NCBI GenBank assembly: GCA_964016885.1
Contig: OZ024764.1
Coordinates: 24,180,001-24,244,000 of the forward strand
Length of the DNA stretch: 64,000 nt
Source of the DNA: Eledone cirrhosa
Taxonomy: Eukaryota
Reading direction: 5' to 3'
Shown here in pieces: positions 12,373-24,536 of the stretch (positions within the stretch are counted from its first letter, which is position 1; each line of letters starts with the position of its first letter). The translations under genes and the position numbers were made by a program. Below the pieces are notes generated by a model. The model searched no databases, had not been told where the DNA came from, and was given only the letters and a program-made list of their open reading frames with translations.

Positions 12373-12814
12373 CAGAAATGGGTGGATGGAGAAGGGAGTG
12401 TGGGGTTTATATTGGGTTAAGAGGTGCCTACTGACTGCAGATTCAGGGAGACAACAAACACAGGTAGAAAAAGTGTTATTAGTTTCACGCTTTATATTGG
12501 AGAGCGGAAAGAAAGTTCGACGTGTCAGGCTTCAGCCCTTCCTGAAGGATCACAATTATCATCATCATCATCATGTCTGCTTTTCTGGCTGTATGCCCTT
12601 CCTATCATTATAACCAGGGTGGTTGATAACTGCTGTCTTTTTTGGCGGAACAAAGTAGTTTAAGTTTCATGATAGGGATTTGTGTTTTAACCCTTTAGCA
12701 TTTAAACCAGCCATATCCGGCCAGAATTCTCTCACCTCTTCCTCTTCAAACTGGTTGCTCATACTTACGTTAAGTGATTGATCTCAAAATACATATCAAA
12801 ATCTTGTAAATTTG

Positions 12815-13975
12815 ATATTATGTGAGGTAAAGCCTTTACTGTGACAATACAATAGTATATATAGAGTAATGTAAATGTTATGTGAGATATTATGTGAGGT
12901 AAAGCCTTTACTGTGACAATACAATAGTATATATAGAGTAATGTAAATGTTATGTGAGGTATTATGTGAGGTAAAGCCTTTACTGTGAAAATACAATAGT
13001 ATATATAGAGTAATGTAAATGTTATGTGAGATATTATGTGAGGTAAAGCCTTTACTGTGATAATACAATAGTATATAGAGAGTAATGTAAATGTTATGTG
13101 AGATATTATGTGAGGTAAAGCCTTTACTGTGACAATACAATAGTATATATAGAGTAATGTAAATGTTATGTGAGATATTATGTGAGGTAAAGCCTTTACT
13201 GTGAAAATACAATAGTATATATAGAGTAATGTAAATGTTATGTGAGATATTATGTGAGGTAAAGCCTTTACTGTGAAAATACAATAGTATATATAGAGTA
13301 ATGTAAATGTTATGTGAGATATTATGTGAGGTAAAGCCTTTACTGTGATAATACAATAGTATATATAGAGTAATGTAAATGTTATGTGAGATATTATGTG
13401 AGGTAAAGCCTTTACTGTGAAAATACAATAGTATATATAGAGTAATGTAAATGTTATGTGAGATATTATGTGAGGTAAAGCCTTTACTGGGAAAATACAA
13501 TAGTATATATAGAGTAATGTAAATGTTATGTGAGATATTATGTGAGGTAAAGCCTTTACTGTGACAATACAATAGTATATATAGAGTAATGTAAATGTTA
13601 TGTGAGATATTATGTGAGGTAAAGCCTTTACTGTGACAATACAATAGTATATATAGAGTAATGTAAATGTTATGTGAGATATTATGTGAGGTAAAGTCTT
13701 TACTGTGATAATACAATAGTATATATAGAGTAATGTAAATGTTATGTGAGATATTATGTGAGGTAAAGCCTTTACTGTGACAATACAATAGTATATATAG
13801 AGTAATGTAAATGTTATGTGAGATATTATGTGAGGTAAAGCCTTTACTGTGACAATACAATAGTATATATAGAGTAATGTAAATGTTATGTGAGGTATTA
13901 TGTGAGGTAAAGCCTTTACTGTGACAATACAATAGTATATATAGAGTAATGTAAATGTTATGTGAGATATTATGT
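12815..13975. repeat. 72-bp satellite array (~16 units)
   Basis: Unit TATTATGTGAGGTAAAGCCTTTACTGTGACAATACAATAGTATATATAGAGTAATGTAAATGTTATGTGAGA. Confidence 0.95.
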
Positions 13976-14007
13976 TATGTGAGATATTATGAGATATTAT
14001 GAGATAT

Positions 14008-15778
14008 TGTCAACTGCTACAAAGGTAAAGGCGATGCACTAGATAGAGGAAACTATAGAGGTATAAAGTTGATGGACCAGGTCATGAAAGTAACAGAAAG
14101 AGTTATAGCACAGCTGATTAGGGACCGGGTGAATATAGACGAGATGCAATTTGGGTTTGTTCCAGGGAAAGGCACCACTGATGCGCTCTTCCTTGTGAGG
14201 CAATTACAGGAAAAGTACCTAGCTAAAAGTAAGCCACTCTACTTGGCATTTGTCGACCTTGAGAAAGCCTTTGACAGAGTTCCACGTGCAGTAATCTGGT
14301 GGGCTCTTAGAAAACTAGGAGTAGATGAATGGCTTGTGAAAGCGGTACAAGCCATGTATAGGGGAGCAGTCAGCAAAGTTAGGATTGGCAATGAGTATAG
14401 CGAGGAATTTAGCGTACAGGTTGGGGTCCACCAGGGCTCTGTTCTTAGCCCTCTCCTGTTCATCATAGTCCTGCAGGCAATAACGGAGGAGTTTAAGACC
14501 GGATGCCCATGGGAACTCCTGTATGCTGATGACCTCGCACTCATAGCTGAATCTATGGTAGAACTAGAGAATAAATTCCAAACCTGGAAGCAGGGACTAG
14601 AGAGAAAGGGCCTCAAAGTCAACATGACAAAGACTAAGGTCCTTATAAGTAGACGAGAAAACAGAACCCAGATCCCCTCAGGGAAATGGCCTTGCTCAGT
14701 ATGTAGGAAAGGTGTAGGTAGGAACTCCATTCTTTGCCCCAAATGCAAACAATGGGTACACAAGAGATGTAGCGGGATCTCAGGAAGCTTAATTAAGAAT
14801 GTAGGATTCACATGCAGCAGCTGTGCTGAAACAGCAAGCAAACAGCCACAGGAAACAAGTACCACCAATCTCTGGGAGGGCCCTGTAGAAACAGTAGACA
14901 GCTTCTGCTACCTAGGTGACCAAATTAGCAACGGAGGTGGGTGCTCAGAAAGTACAATAACTAGGGTAAGAACGGGATGGAAGAAGTTTAGGGAACTACT
15001 ACCACTGCTAGCTGCAAAAGGCTTCTCCCTCAGAATGAAAGGCAGACTGTATGATGCGTGTATCCGAACAGCGATGTTGCATGGTAGTGAGACCTGGGCG
15101 CTGAAGGTGGAAGACTTACGTAGATTAGAGAGAAACGAAGCCTGCATGCTCCGATGGATGTGTAACAGTAATATACGTGAACGACAAAGCATAAATGAAT
15201 TGAGAGAGAGACTGAGCATAAGAGGAATCAAATGCTGCGTGCAGGAGAGGCGGTTACGCTGGTATGGACATGTGATGCGTATGAAGGATGACAGCTGCAT
15301 AAAAAGGTGCAGAGCACTAGAAGTTGATGGAAACCGCGGAGTGGGGAGACCCAAGATGACTTGGGATGAGGTGATAAAAGCCGACCTTACCCAACTACAC
15401 CTCTCAAAGTCAATGACACACGACCGTGACTTCTGGCGTCACGCAGTAATACAGGGTACCCGACCTCCCATGGGTACATGCTGAAGCATATAAACAATAT
15501 GCCCCCCCCCCCCCCACCGCAAGGTGGTCGTGGAGGTGCCACGGCAAAAAAGCACCCAGCCCACACTGTAAAGTGGACGTGTAGGCGCCACGAAAAAGCA
15601 CCCAGCACTCACTGTAAATGAGGTTGGTGTTAGGAAGGGCATCCAGCTGTAGAAATCAAGCCAGATCAGTTCCTGTATGAGCAAGGCATGGTCAGCCGAC
15701 CAGACACTGCCCACAACAGGACAACCCGTCTAACCCATGCTAGCGTGGAAGAACGGACGTAAAACGGTGATGATGATG
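14008..15778 (+). mobile_element. 5'-truncated RTE-clade LINE inserted in the 72-bp satellite
   Basis: Begins mid-RT (VNCYKGKGDALDRGNYRGIKL); 3'UTR ending in (GAT)n; satellite resumes at 15779. Confidence 0.92.
14069..15484 (+). CDS. RTE reverse transcriptase (truncated, open frame) with internal PHD-type C4HC3 finger
   Basis: QFGF, FVDLEKAFD, HQGSVLSP and YADD motifs; CSVC..CPKC..H..C..CSSC insert; RLRWYGHV and GRPK tail typical of RTE. Confidence 0.9.
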   Translation: MMDQVMKVTERVIAQLIRDRVNIDEMQFGFVPGKGTTDALFLVRQLQEKYLAKSKPLYLAFVDLEKAFDRVPRAVIWWALRKLGVDEWLVKAVQAMYRGAVSKVRIGNEYSEEFSVQVGVHQGSVLSPLLFIIVLQAITEEFKTGCPWELLYADDLALIAESMVELENKFQTWKQGLERKGLKVNMTKTKVLISRRENRTQIPSGKWPCSVCRKGVGRNSILCPKCKQWVHKRCSGISGSLIKNVGFTCSSCAETASKQPQETSTTNLWEGPVETVDSFCYLGDQISNGGGCSESTITRVRTGWKKFRELLPLLAAKGFSLRMKGRLYDACIRTAMLHGSETWALKVEDLRRLERNEACMLRWMCNSNIRERQSINELRERLSIRGIKCCVQERRLRWYGHVMRMKDDSCIKRCRALEVDGNRGVGRPKMTWDEVIKADLTQLHLSKSMTHDRDFWRHAVIQGTRPPMGTC

Positions 15779-16177
15779 AAAGCCTTTACTGTGACAATAC
15801 AATAGTATATATAGAGTAATGTAAATGTTATGTGAGATATTATGTGAGGTAAAGCCTTTACTGTGACAATACAATAGTATATATAGAGTAATGTAAATGT
15901 TATGTGAGGTATTATGTGAGGTAAAGCCTTTACTGTGAAAATACAATAGTATATATAGAGTAATGTAAATGTTATGTGAGGTATTATGTGAGGTAAAGCC
16001 TTTACTGTGACAATACAATAGTATATATAGAGTAATGTAAATATTATGTGAGATATTATGTGAGGTAAAGTCTTTACTGTGAAAATACAATAGTATATAT
16101 AGAGTAATGTAAATGTTATGTGAGATATTATGTGAGGTAAAGCCTTTACTGTGACAATACAATAGTATATATAGAGT
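15779..16177. repeat. 72-bp satellite array (~5.5 units)
   Basis: Same unit as 12815-13975. Confidence 0.95.
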
Positions 16178-16414
16178 GGTTTCTTTATTTGCCACTAGGG
16201 CACAAAAGGTAGGGACAGATACAAGGGGGGAAGTTTACATATAATTAACGAGTACAAAAATATAACAATGAAATAACAACAACAAACGAAGTCCTCAATA
16301 GGGAGGGGGCATTAACATGGGTCGCACACACCCCGGAAATAATGTGCAACCCTTCTCCTCAGGAGCACAAAGAGTAGGTGCTTCCCTCGTCTCCTCTTTT
16401 TCCTCTTCTTTCAC

Positions 16415-19400
16415 CTACAGGCTGATATAGAGAGAAGACCCATTCACTCTGGCCATTCTCCCTACTTTCACCCACCTTTCATAAAACTTGCTGGTGTAGA
16501 GCACCTCTCTCTCCATTCTGATCCTTCTTTTAAAATGGTATTTGAAAAAGGGGACCAGTTGTTGGCCGGAGAGAAAGGTGTCTGACCTCAGCCCTTTCAG
16601 CCTCGTCCACCATACAACTTCTTTAGCCATGGCTATCACACAGAGAAAAACCGCCTCTCCTTCGTTTTTGAAAGGGGGAGGCGGTTTGATCGTGACAATG
16701 GTCTCGGTGGTCAACCGGATTGGTCCCACCCTCGACAGTAGTCGTTCCACATAGCCCCACAGGTCAGCAATGCCTGGGCAGTGTACGAATGCGTGCGCAA
16801 CGGTTTCGTCATCATGCACGCATCTCGGACAGATCTTATTCAAAGGATCTCTACCCAGGCTCCCATGCCTGTGGAGCTTGTCTCGAACGGGTAGAGCCCC
16901 TCGGTAGCACTGCCAAGCCAGGGACTTTTGGAAGTTGTCCATCGGTCCAGGGCCAAACGTCCTACCGAACAGACTGGCCAGTTCATCTTCCTCCATGCCT
17001 AGAGCTTCTCCGAGAGCATCGTCGCACCTGCTGCGTACCAACCCTCTATAGAATGTCGAGGTGGAGTCTCCACTGATTGCCGGGTCCGCTTTCCAGAGGG
17101 CCGTGAGCGCCTGGGCACATTCAATGTGTCAGTCGCCCACTTTTCTCGGTCTTTGCTTGACCCAGGATTGCAGCTCGGTGAGCGAGACGAGTCTGGGAAA
17201 GGCTCGCCTCACAAACGGGGCCCACACCGGTTGACCGGTGAGGAATACCTGGAGGTGCCGTAGCCTTAATGCGTGTTTACGCATCTGTAGCCACGGCATC
17301 CCTAGCCCTCCTTTCGAAGGGTGTTGACAGCAGATGGATCTCCTCACCAAAGGGGTCCGCTTGTTCCAAAGAAATTGGAACAGCGCGCACTCCATTTTGG
17401 CGAGTCTTTTCACTGGGCAAGGCACGACGGTCAAGCGGTAGTAGATGACGGATGCTATATAAGTATTCGCCACCTCCGCTTGACCTTTCAGGGATAGTTT
17501 GCACTGGGCCCACTTCTGGGTGAGTGCAAACACCCTGGCCGTTACCTCGTTCCAGTTTTTCTCCACCTGGAGGTCTGGTCCGAACCAGACCCCAAGCAGC
17601 TTCACCGGGCCCTCCGTCCAGCGTCCGACGACGTCGTTGGAGGGCATCGGTTTGCCTCTCCATGTTCCGAGTTGCAAACCGACGGACTTGTCCCGGTTCA
17701 GCTTGGCTCCCGTAAACCTTTCATATTCCTCCAGTAATGTGCCGATCTCACCGATTTGCGAGGTTTTCGACACCATTACTGTCATGTCATCGGCGTAGGC
17801 CGACGCCGCTTTCTGCAATCCCGGTTCCAAAGGGATGCCCTGCAACCGCTCCAACTTCCGCAGTAGTGGCTCAAGAGCCAGCACATACAGTAGGGAGGAG
17901 AGAGGGCATCCCTGTCGGATGGATCGCATGATTTGGAACGGCTCCGAGAGGTGGCCGTTCACCTTGACCCTTGAGCAGACGTTGCTGCTGTGCATCGCAG
18001 CAATCCAACCCCTGAAAACGGGTCCGAAGCCTGCCGCCGCGAGCACCGCATCCAGGTAACGATGGTCAACCCTATCGAAAGCTTTAGATTGATCCAAGTT
18101 GATCAGGGCCCCACCAAAGCCGGGTTCATTCCCTACCCTCTCTAGGATGTATCGCATAAGGTGGAGATTGTCGTGAATGGACCTGGACGGGATTGCGCAT
18201 GTCTGCGCTTCTCCCACCAGGTTTCCAACGACAAGCGCCAACCTCTTCGCTAACACCTTGGCCAAAATCTTTAACTCTGTATTTAGCAGAGTTATGGGCC
18301 AGAAGTTACTTATGTCATCCCCCTTGTTCTCATCCTTCCTCACCAGCGTAACTACGCCCTTGGTCACAGAACTGGGAATTCTCCCGTTCTGCTGCCAGTT
18401 GCAGTAGACCGCTTCGAGGATATCGGAGAACAAGTCCGGCATCGCTACATATAGCTCGTATGGTAGACCATCGAGACCCGGGGATTTGCGTTTGCCGCAT
18501 TGGCTCAGCGCCGCCCCTATCTCAGCAGCTGAAATCGTCCTTTCGCAGGACTTCGCGTCCGAGAGGCGCGGCAGACCGTCGAGGTATGGATTGAAATCGG
18601 TAGTCTCACCCGGCGCGCCGCCCCTCTCGAACAGTCGTGCAAAGTGCCGCTGAAAGGCCGCACACATCTGCCCAGGTTCAAGGATCACACGCCCATCCTG
18701 GTCCTTCAAAGACCGAATCGTGGACTTGTTCCCACTTTTTGCCTCTGTCACTCGGGCCCAGCTCACAGCTTTGGCTCCCTCATTACCCAGAGCACGTATT
18801 TTACTCCTGACAACGCAGCCTTCATGCTTCACCTCAAAGAACTGGTCTAAGGCCATTCTTGATGCCAGCACGCCGGCTACATTGCCACTCCTAATCGCCT
18901 CTTCTACTCTATCTACTAATTCCCTTTCCGTCTTGTTCCTATCCCTTGCTAATTCCTGACTAAAACCTATCGATTCTATTCTAATTGCTCTCTTAAGAGA
19001 GCTCCACCACCTGTTGTTGACAATTGCCCCTGTCAAACTCTGCTTAACTAACGTGCTAATCCGTTTACTGTAAGCTTTGCTTGTCGGTAAGGACAAGTTC
19101 AGCTTCCAGTAACCGGGTCCCTGTCTATGGGTTCTATCAAGGTTGGCTATGCAGGTCACTAACTTGTGATCCGAATAGTCAACCATGAACATTTTTGGAC
19201 AGCTAAATGTGTCCCTATCCTTCTCTCTAACTAGGACCCTATCTAGGTACGACCTAGATGTTCCACTGCGATTGGTCCACGTCCATAGTGGTACAGTCGG
19301 AAAATCTAGTCGATATCTATCGGCCAGGTCAAATCGGCCGATTAACCTTTTGAGGCTTTTACACCCCCCTCTATTGGTACATGCCCCTACATAGTCCCAA

Positions 19401-19846
19401 CGTGCATCCAGGATACCATTCCAGTCCCCCACTAAAAGCAAGGAGCGGGACGTTCCCAGAAAAGTTTCCAGACGTTGGAAGTATTCCGGCCGCGCTGCCC
19501 AAAAAGGGGCGTACACAGCTATTAGTCTAAGGGCTCCACTTTCACTACTGCCGACGTCTAAAACCACCAGTCGACCATCCTGGTCCAGGTGCACCTTCTG
19601 TATGGCGATGCCCAGGTGTTTTCGCAGCAGAACGACAACTCCACCCCCACCCCCCGGTTGACAGAGAGATGCAAAGATCTCAAAGTCGTCGAAGAGGGGC
19701 GCCAGTTGGTGCTCGCTGCTGATCCTGGACTCGCAAATAGTCATTACATCCATTCTATGCGACCTGAGATCGTTTAAAAGTTTGCCTTGTTTCCAAGACA
19801 GTCCCAGGCCGCGTACATTTAGACACCCAACTCTTATATCAGCCAT
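16415..19846 (-). pseudogene. Tx1/L1 ORF2 (AP endonuclease, RT, C-terminal zinc finger) with one in-frame TGA at 17129-17131
   Basis: LNVRGL, GDWN and SDH (APE); LDQSKAFD, RQGCPLS and YADD (RT); CPRC..H...HC. ORFs 17129-19846 and 16415-17041 are in the same frame. Confidence 0.88.
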
Positions 19847-19867
19847 GTTGGTTAAAAGAGGAAGGAC

Positions 19868-21690
19868 CTACCTGTTCGGCTCCTGAGGAGCAGGTTGCAC
19901 AATATCCATGGGCGTATTGGAGGGGTTGTTTGGTGGGGTGTTGTTCTGTGGTGGAGTGGGGGTGTTTGGTGAGGTGTGGGTGGGGAAACGTTTCAAGAGG
20001 ACGCGGTTATAGGGTCGAGTACATGTTTTCCCCACGTCCTCAGGAAAGTTCTCTCTTAGTTTTGCATAGGTGTCCATTGGGAGTCTTATCATTTTTAAAT
20101 GCGGTTTGTTGGCCGCGCTTGCAAAGAATTGCCCTTCAGTTTCCACCGAAGGGTCTTTGTGTATTGTTTTTACTAGTTCTTTGTTATTTGTGTTAATGTA
20201 TGTATACTGTTTTATTTGTGTTGTGTTTGTTTGTTGTTCTTGTGTGTGCTTACGTTTTGTTGTATGTGTTATGTTTTGGGGTGGGGCGGATTTTGTTTGT
20301 TCTGTTTGTTTTGTTTTTGTTGGTGGTTGTGTGTTTGTTTCGTTTATGTTCGAGTGGTGCTTTCTTTTTTTCCTTTTTACAGGCTGGAAGGGTTCCCCCT
20401 CTTCGTCACTAGGTGCCGTTTCCGCTGGGTCCTCGTCCGTGCTGTCGGGTAGTGGTGTATTTTGGGGTTTTGTTGTATTTGTGTGTGTTTTGGGAGTTGT
20501 TTTGGGTGGGGCCGTGTCTTGTGTTATTTTTCCGTGTTGTTTTTGTTGTTGTTGTGGTGGTGGTGGTGGTGGTGGTGGTGGCGGTGGTGGTGTGTGGGGT
20601 GTAGGCAAAAGAGCCTTTTTTTTGTCAATTGAGGACAAGCAGCCCTTAGATGACCCCTGCTTGAACAGTAGTAACATATGGGCCTCCTACCCTCGGCTGA
20701 AATATATATAAATGTTTCTCCATCGAGGGACACCCTCTGTGGTATTCTAGCTATTCGTTCTGGTCTCATTTGGACCAGAACCTCCACGCTCAAACCGCCG
20801 AAAACGTCTGTGGTGACTTCTCCTACTGAGAGGATTCCGTCCTCGTCTTCTAAAAATCCTGTTAGTACCCAGGAAATGCATGCATTTGGCCGGATTCCAG
20901 AGACCCTTATCTTCTGCGTTCTTTTCCCTAAATATATGGGGAAAAATGTATGTAGCTTGGAAACAATTGGCGCCACAGAGTATTTCCTGGCCGTCAATTG
21001 ATCCTTCATTAGGACCGTTATATTCCCATAGAGTGGCCCTTTTTGTATGAACGATATATCACTCCACACATTTTTTAGGACCAGCTCAATCTCTTTTTGG
21101 GATAATTGAGTTGGTTTCCTTGTTATGTTGGAAATTGTTCTGAAAGATATCGTTCTTAGCGTCGTGTCTCTTTTGATTTCTTGTGGGGAGGTGATTGTGA
21201 AGTCTCCTCCTTCTTTGAAAGTTACATACTGTTTCGCTTCCTTCATCTTTTCTCTCAGAGTTGTAATGTCCAGTTGCTTGCAGGTTTGTGTTTTCCGGAC
21301 CGCCTGTGCAAAGGAGGCACCAGTAGTGGGTTCGCTTTGTTTGGTGTTATCGTTATTTTTTCCTTGGTTGGTGTTGTGACTATTGCTGTTATTGTCGTTG
21401 TTGTTTTTGTCTGCGTTTATGTGACTTTCTGGGTTTTCACCCATTTTTATAAATTTTTCTTTTAATTCCGTGTTCCATGTTTCTTTTGCAGAAGTCAGGA
21501 GGGAAGACTTAGAGCCTTGTGCTTCTCGCTTCTCTGTATCACCTTTCTTAGGGGGCGTGGCTTTCACGTTAGGATGAGATGTGAAAATTCCGTCAATTTC
21601 TATTAGTTTGCCGTAATAAGTTTTTAACTGGAAAATTCGCCCCAAAAAGGGGCGAAAATAAATAAACTCAAAGTTTGACGACCAAGGCAA
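19868..21690 (-). CDS. Tx1/L1 ORF1 (gag-like, CCHC knuckle), split by a frame change at an A8 run near 20606-20613
   Basis: SFAQAV motif and CYYCSSRGHLRAAC knuckle; Pro/Thr/Lys-rich tail with VKRKKRK continues in the adjacent frame (19868-20677). Confidence 0.75.
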
Positions 21691-21807
21691 GGGGTTAACG
21701 TATATTACAGTATAAAAAAATTAATCAAAACTCACTTTTGAGTAAGTAAATCCGACTCGGTAGCCGAGCTTGTTCACACACGTCAACACACGTCTCTCGT
21801 ATACGAG

Positions 21808-22305
21808 ATGTTATGTGAGATATTATGTGAGGTAAAGCCTTTACTGTGAAAATACAATAGTATATATAGAGTAATGTAAATGTTATGTGAGGTAAAGCCT
21901 TTACTGTGACAATACAATAGTATATATAGAGTAATGTAAATGTTATGTGAGATATTATGTGAGGTAAAGCCTTTACTGTGAAAATACAATAGAATATATA
22001 GAGTAATGTAAATGTTATGTGAGATATTATGTGAGGTACAGCCTTTACTGTGACAATACAATAGTATATATAGAGTAATGTAAATGTTATGTGAGATATT
22101 ATGTGAGGTAAAGCCTTTACTGTGAAAATACTATAGTACATATAGAGTAATATAAATGTTATGTGAGATATTATGTGAGGTAAAGCCTTTACTGTGAAAA
22201 TACTATAGTACATATAGAGTAATGTAAATGTTATGTGAGATATTATGTGAGGTAAAGCCTTTACTGTGACAATACAATAGTATATATAGAGTAATGTAAA
22301 TGTTA
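21808..22305. repeat. 72-bp satellite array (~7 units) running into the right TIR
   Basis: Last unit ..GTAATGTAAATGTTA continues directly as AAGGG|TTAA. Confidence 0.93.
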
Positions 22306-22657
22306 AAGGGTTAAAGGGAGTTATTTGGTGCTAAGATGACATTGAAAAACAGATATTACAGAACACTAAAAGGTAAATATTAAACAGAATTCAATGTGGC
22401 AGACGTCGAATTAAACATTTTTATTTTACAGTAATTTTGTTACAGTATTTCTTATCAGTGGTATAAAGAAACAATAATTTATGAAATACATTTCAATGTG
22501 TTTATGTATATATGTGTCTGTGTGTATATATACATATAGCGGGATATGTGTGTATATATATTTATGTGTATATATATATATATATATACAGGAAGCTCCA
22601 ACTGGTAAGGTTGTCTTCTTTCCGGGTTTGTCAATATTCATTTATAAAACAAATCTG

Positions 22658-22723
22658 TATTTTATCTGATGAAAGCGCACCATAATTTGCCTTGGTTGCC
22701 TTTGAAATATGTATAATAAAATA
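22658..22723 (+). ncRNA. Type I minimal hammerhead ribozyme motif within cassette ~22590-22865
   Basis: Perfect 8-bp stem I (TATTTTAT/ATAAAATA), CTGATGA, stem II, GAAA, short stem III, AUA cleavage triplet. Confidence 0.75.
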
Positions 22724-22861
22724 AATATGGTTTTATAAATATAGTTTCCATTTATTAATATATTGTATATTTACTCCACCGCACTGTTGAGTGCTTTATA
22801 TCAGTTATAAACATTTTTAAATTAAAAATTAAAAAAAATTTTTTAAATTAAATATAACCTC

Positions 22862-22899
<38 letters not shown>

Positions 22900-23031
22900 A
22901 AGTGTTAAAACGATCAAATTTTAGTTTAGAACATTTATTTGCTAACAATTTATGGTTATATCAAACATATATAAGTATAAATAATCTTATTACTATATAT
23001 ATATCTATATATATATATATCTATATATATA

Positions 23032-23092
<61 letters not shown>

Positions 23093-23184
23093 AAAGTTAA
23101 ACAAGGTTCATTGATTAATCAATGAATATAGTTTTACAATAGATTAGAAGCACTCAACAGTAAAAGTTTTCTGGAGTTATTAAT

Positions 23185-23510
23185 ATTGATTCAAAATATT
23201 AATAAATGTAGACATACACGTAATCAAAATATATTTTTTATTATATATATTTCAGAGGTACTGTGCTGTTTTTCAGTACGTCCTCATCAGATAAAATATA
23301 TAAATTGATGTATGACATACCTCAACTGTGCTGATGGTTCAATTCCAGTTTTGAGCCATCAGCACAGTTGAGGTATGTCATACATCAATTTATATATTTT
23401 ATCTGATGAGGACGTACTGAAAAAACAGCACAGTTCCTCCGAAATATATATAATAAAAAATATATTTTGATTACGTGTATGTCTACATTTATTAATATCT
23501 TGAATCAATA
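23185..23510. mobile_element. Fold-back cassette with hammerhead motifs on both arms (plus-strand motif 23395-23460)
   Basis: Long inverted repeat centred ~23345; CTGATGA-GGAC..TCC-GAAA-TATATA-TA-ATAAAA; related copy at ~61640-61825. Confidence 0.7.
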
Positions 23511-23617
23511 TATATATATATATATATATATATTCTTTCTTTTCCATTACCTTATCATGTTCCACATCACCCCCTTTTTTATTACTTCAAAAACCTTGTT
23601 TGTAAATATTATTATTC

Positions 23618-23805
23618 TGGCGGTGGATTGGCAGCATCGGTAGAGGGTCAGACGCCATGCTTTAACGCATAGAGTTACGGCCCTTGCCATTCTCAGATCA
23701 AATCCCGCCGAGGTTTACTTTGCCTTTCATCCTACGGGGTCGATAAAATAAGGTACCAGTAATACACTGGGATAATTGCTGGCCTTGTGCCAAAAGTAGA
23801 AACAA
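23618..23805 (+). mobile_element. Second tRNA-related SINE family (further copies 25264-25472 + and ~53975-54185 -)
   Basis: TGGCAG..CGGTAGAG..TCAGAC head, AAATCCYGCCGAGGT box, shared end GCTGGCCTTGTGCCAAAAGTAGAAACAA. Confidence 0.7.
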
Positions 23806-24221
23806 TTTTTATTCTTTCTTTCCCATTTCCTTAACATGTTCAACATCACCTTATCTTCTCCCCTACATTTTATACCAACACAAATTTCCCCCTTTGATAA
23901 TGCATAAAATACTGAAACCGGTAATAGACAATTATTAAATATATAAATAAATAAACAATAGACAATTATTAAATATATAAATAAATAAACAATAGACAAT
24001 TATTAAATATATAAATAAATAAATACATGCCATTGTTAATTAATAAATAAATTAACTAATACCATAACACTTCACACAAAGTCAAATATTTTGTTTTAAA
24101 CATTTAACTGAGAAAAAATAATAAAGGGAAAAAATGTATTTTTCTTCCTAATAATCATTTTTTTCTCCCTATTTACATATATATATATTCTCCCTATTTA
24201 CATATATATATATATATATAT

Positions 24222-24404
24222 CCTTTGGGAGCCCCTACATGGACACACTAGAAGAGGAAGACCAAGGTTAACATATGTTGATGCCCTAAGGACAGACACT
24301 GGTCTGTTGGAGATGCAGGATATGGCAGCGATAATGAGGGACAGAGACCGCTGGAGAGAACTCGTCCATGGATCTCGGGAATTTTATCCGCCTTAGATAG
24401 ATAG
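24222..24404 (+). mobile_element. 3' end of an RTE-like LINE with (TAGA)n tail (copies at 38246-38350, 45645-45812, 59450-59612)
   Basis: Encodes LWEPLHGHTRRGRPRLTYVD..DRDRWRE; stop codon runs straight into the TAGATAGA tail. Confidence 0.75.
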
Positions 24405-24495
24405 ATATATATATATATGTATATATACACACACATATATATAGTTCAAGAATAGACATATCTATATTTCTCTCTATATATATGTGTGTGTATGT

Positions 24496-24536
<41 letters not shown>

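Larger units (their letters stand above)
16178..21807 (-). mobile_element. Near full-length L1-clade (Tx1-like) LINE, 5.6 kb
   Basis: 5'UTR, gag-like ORF1, APE-RT ORF2, 3'UTR ending AATAAAGAAACC; satellite on both sides. Confidence 0.9.
12691..22310. mobile_element. piggyBac-like non-autonomous DNA transposon carrying a 72-bp satellite, with two nested LINEs
   Basis: TTAA|CCCTTTAGCATTTA at left end (TTAA 12687-12690); TAAATGTTAAAGGG|TTAA at right end (TTAA 22311-22314); 14-bp TIR with 1 mismatch. Confidence 0.75.

Noticed and set aside
12796-13932. Long ORFs over the 72-bp satellite (also 15740-16195, 32555-33363, 49443-51546)
   Set aside because: Stop-free frames of a 72/60-bp repeat
17129-17131. 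Selenocysteine or readthrough at the TGA in Tx1 ORF2
   Set aside because: Most simply a TGG-to-TGA nonsense mutation; no SECIS evidence
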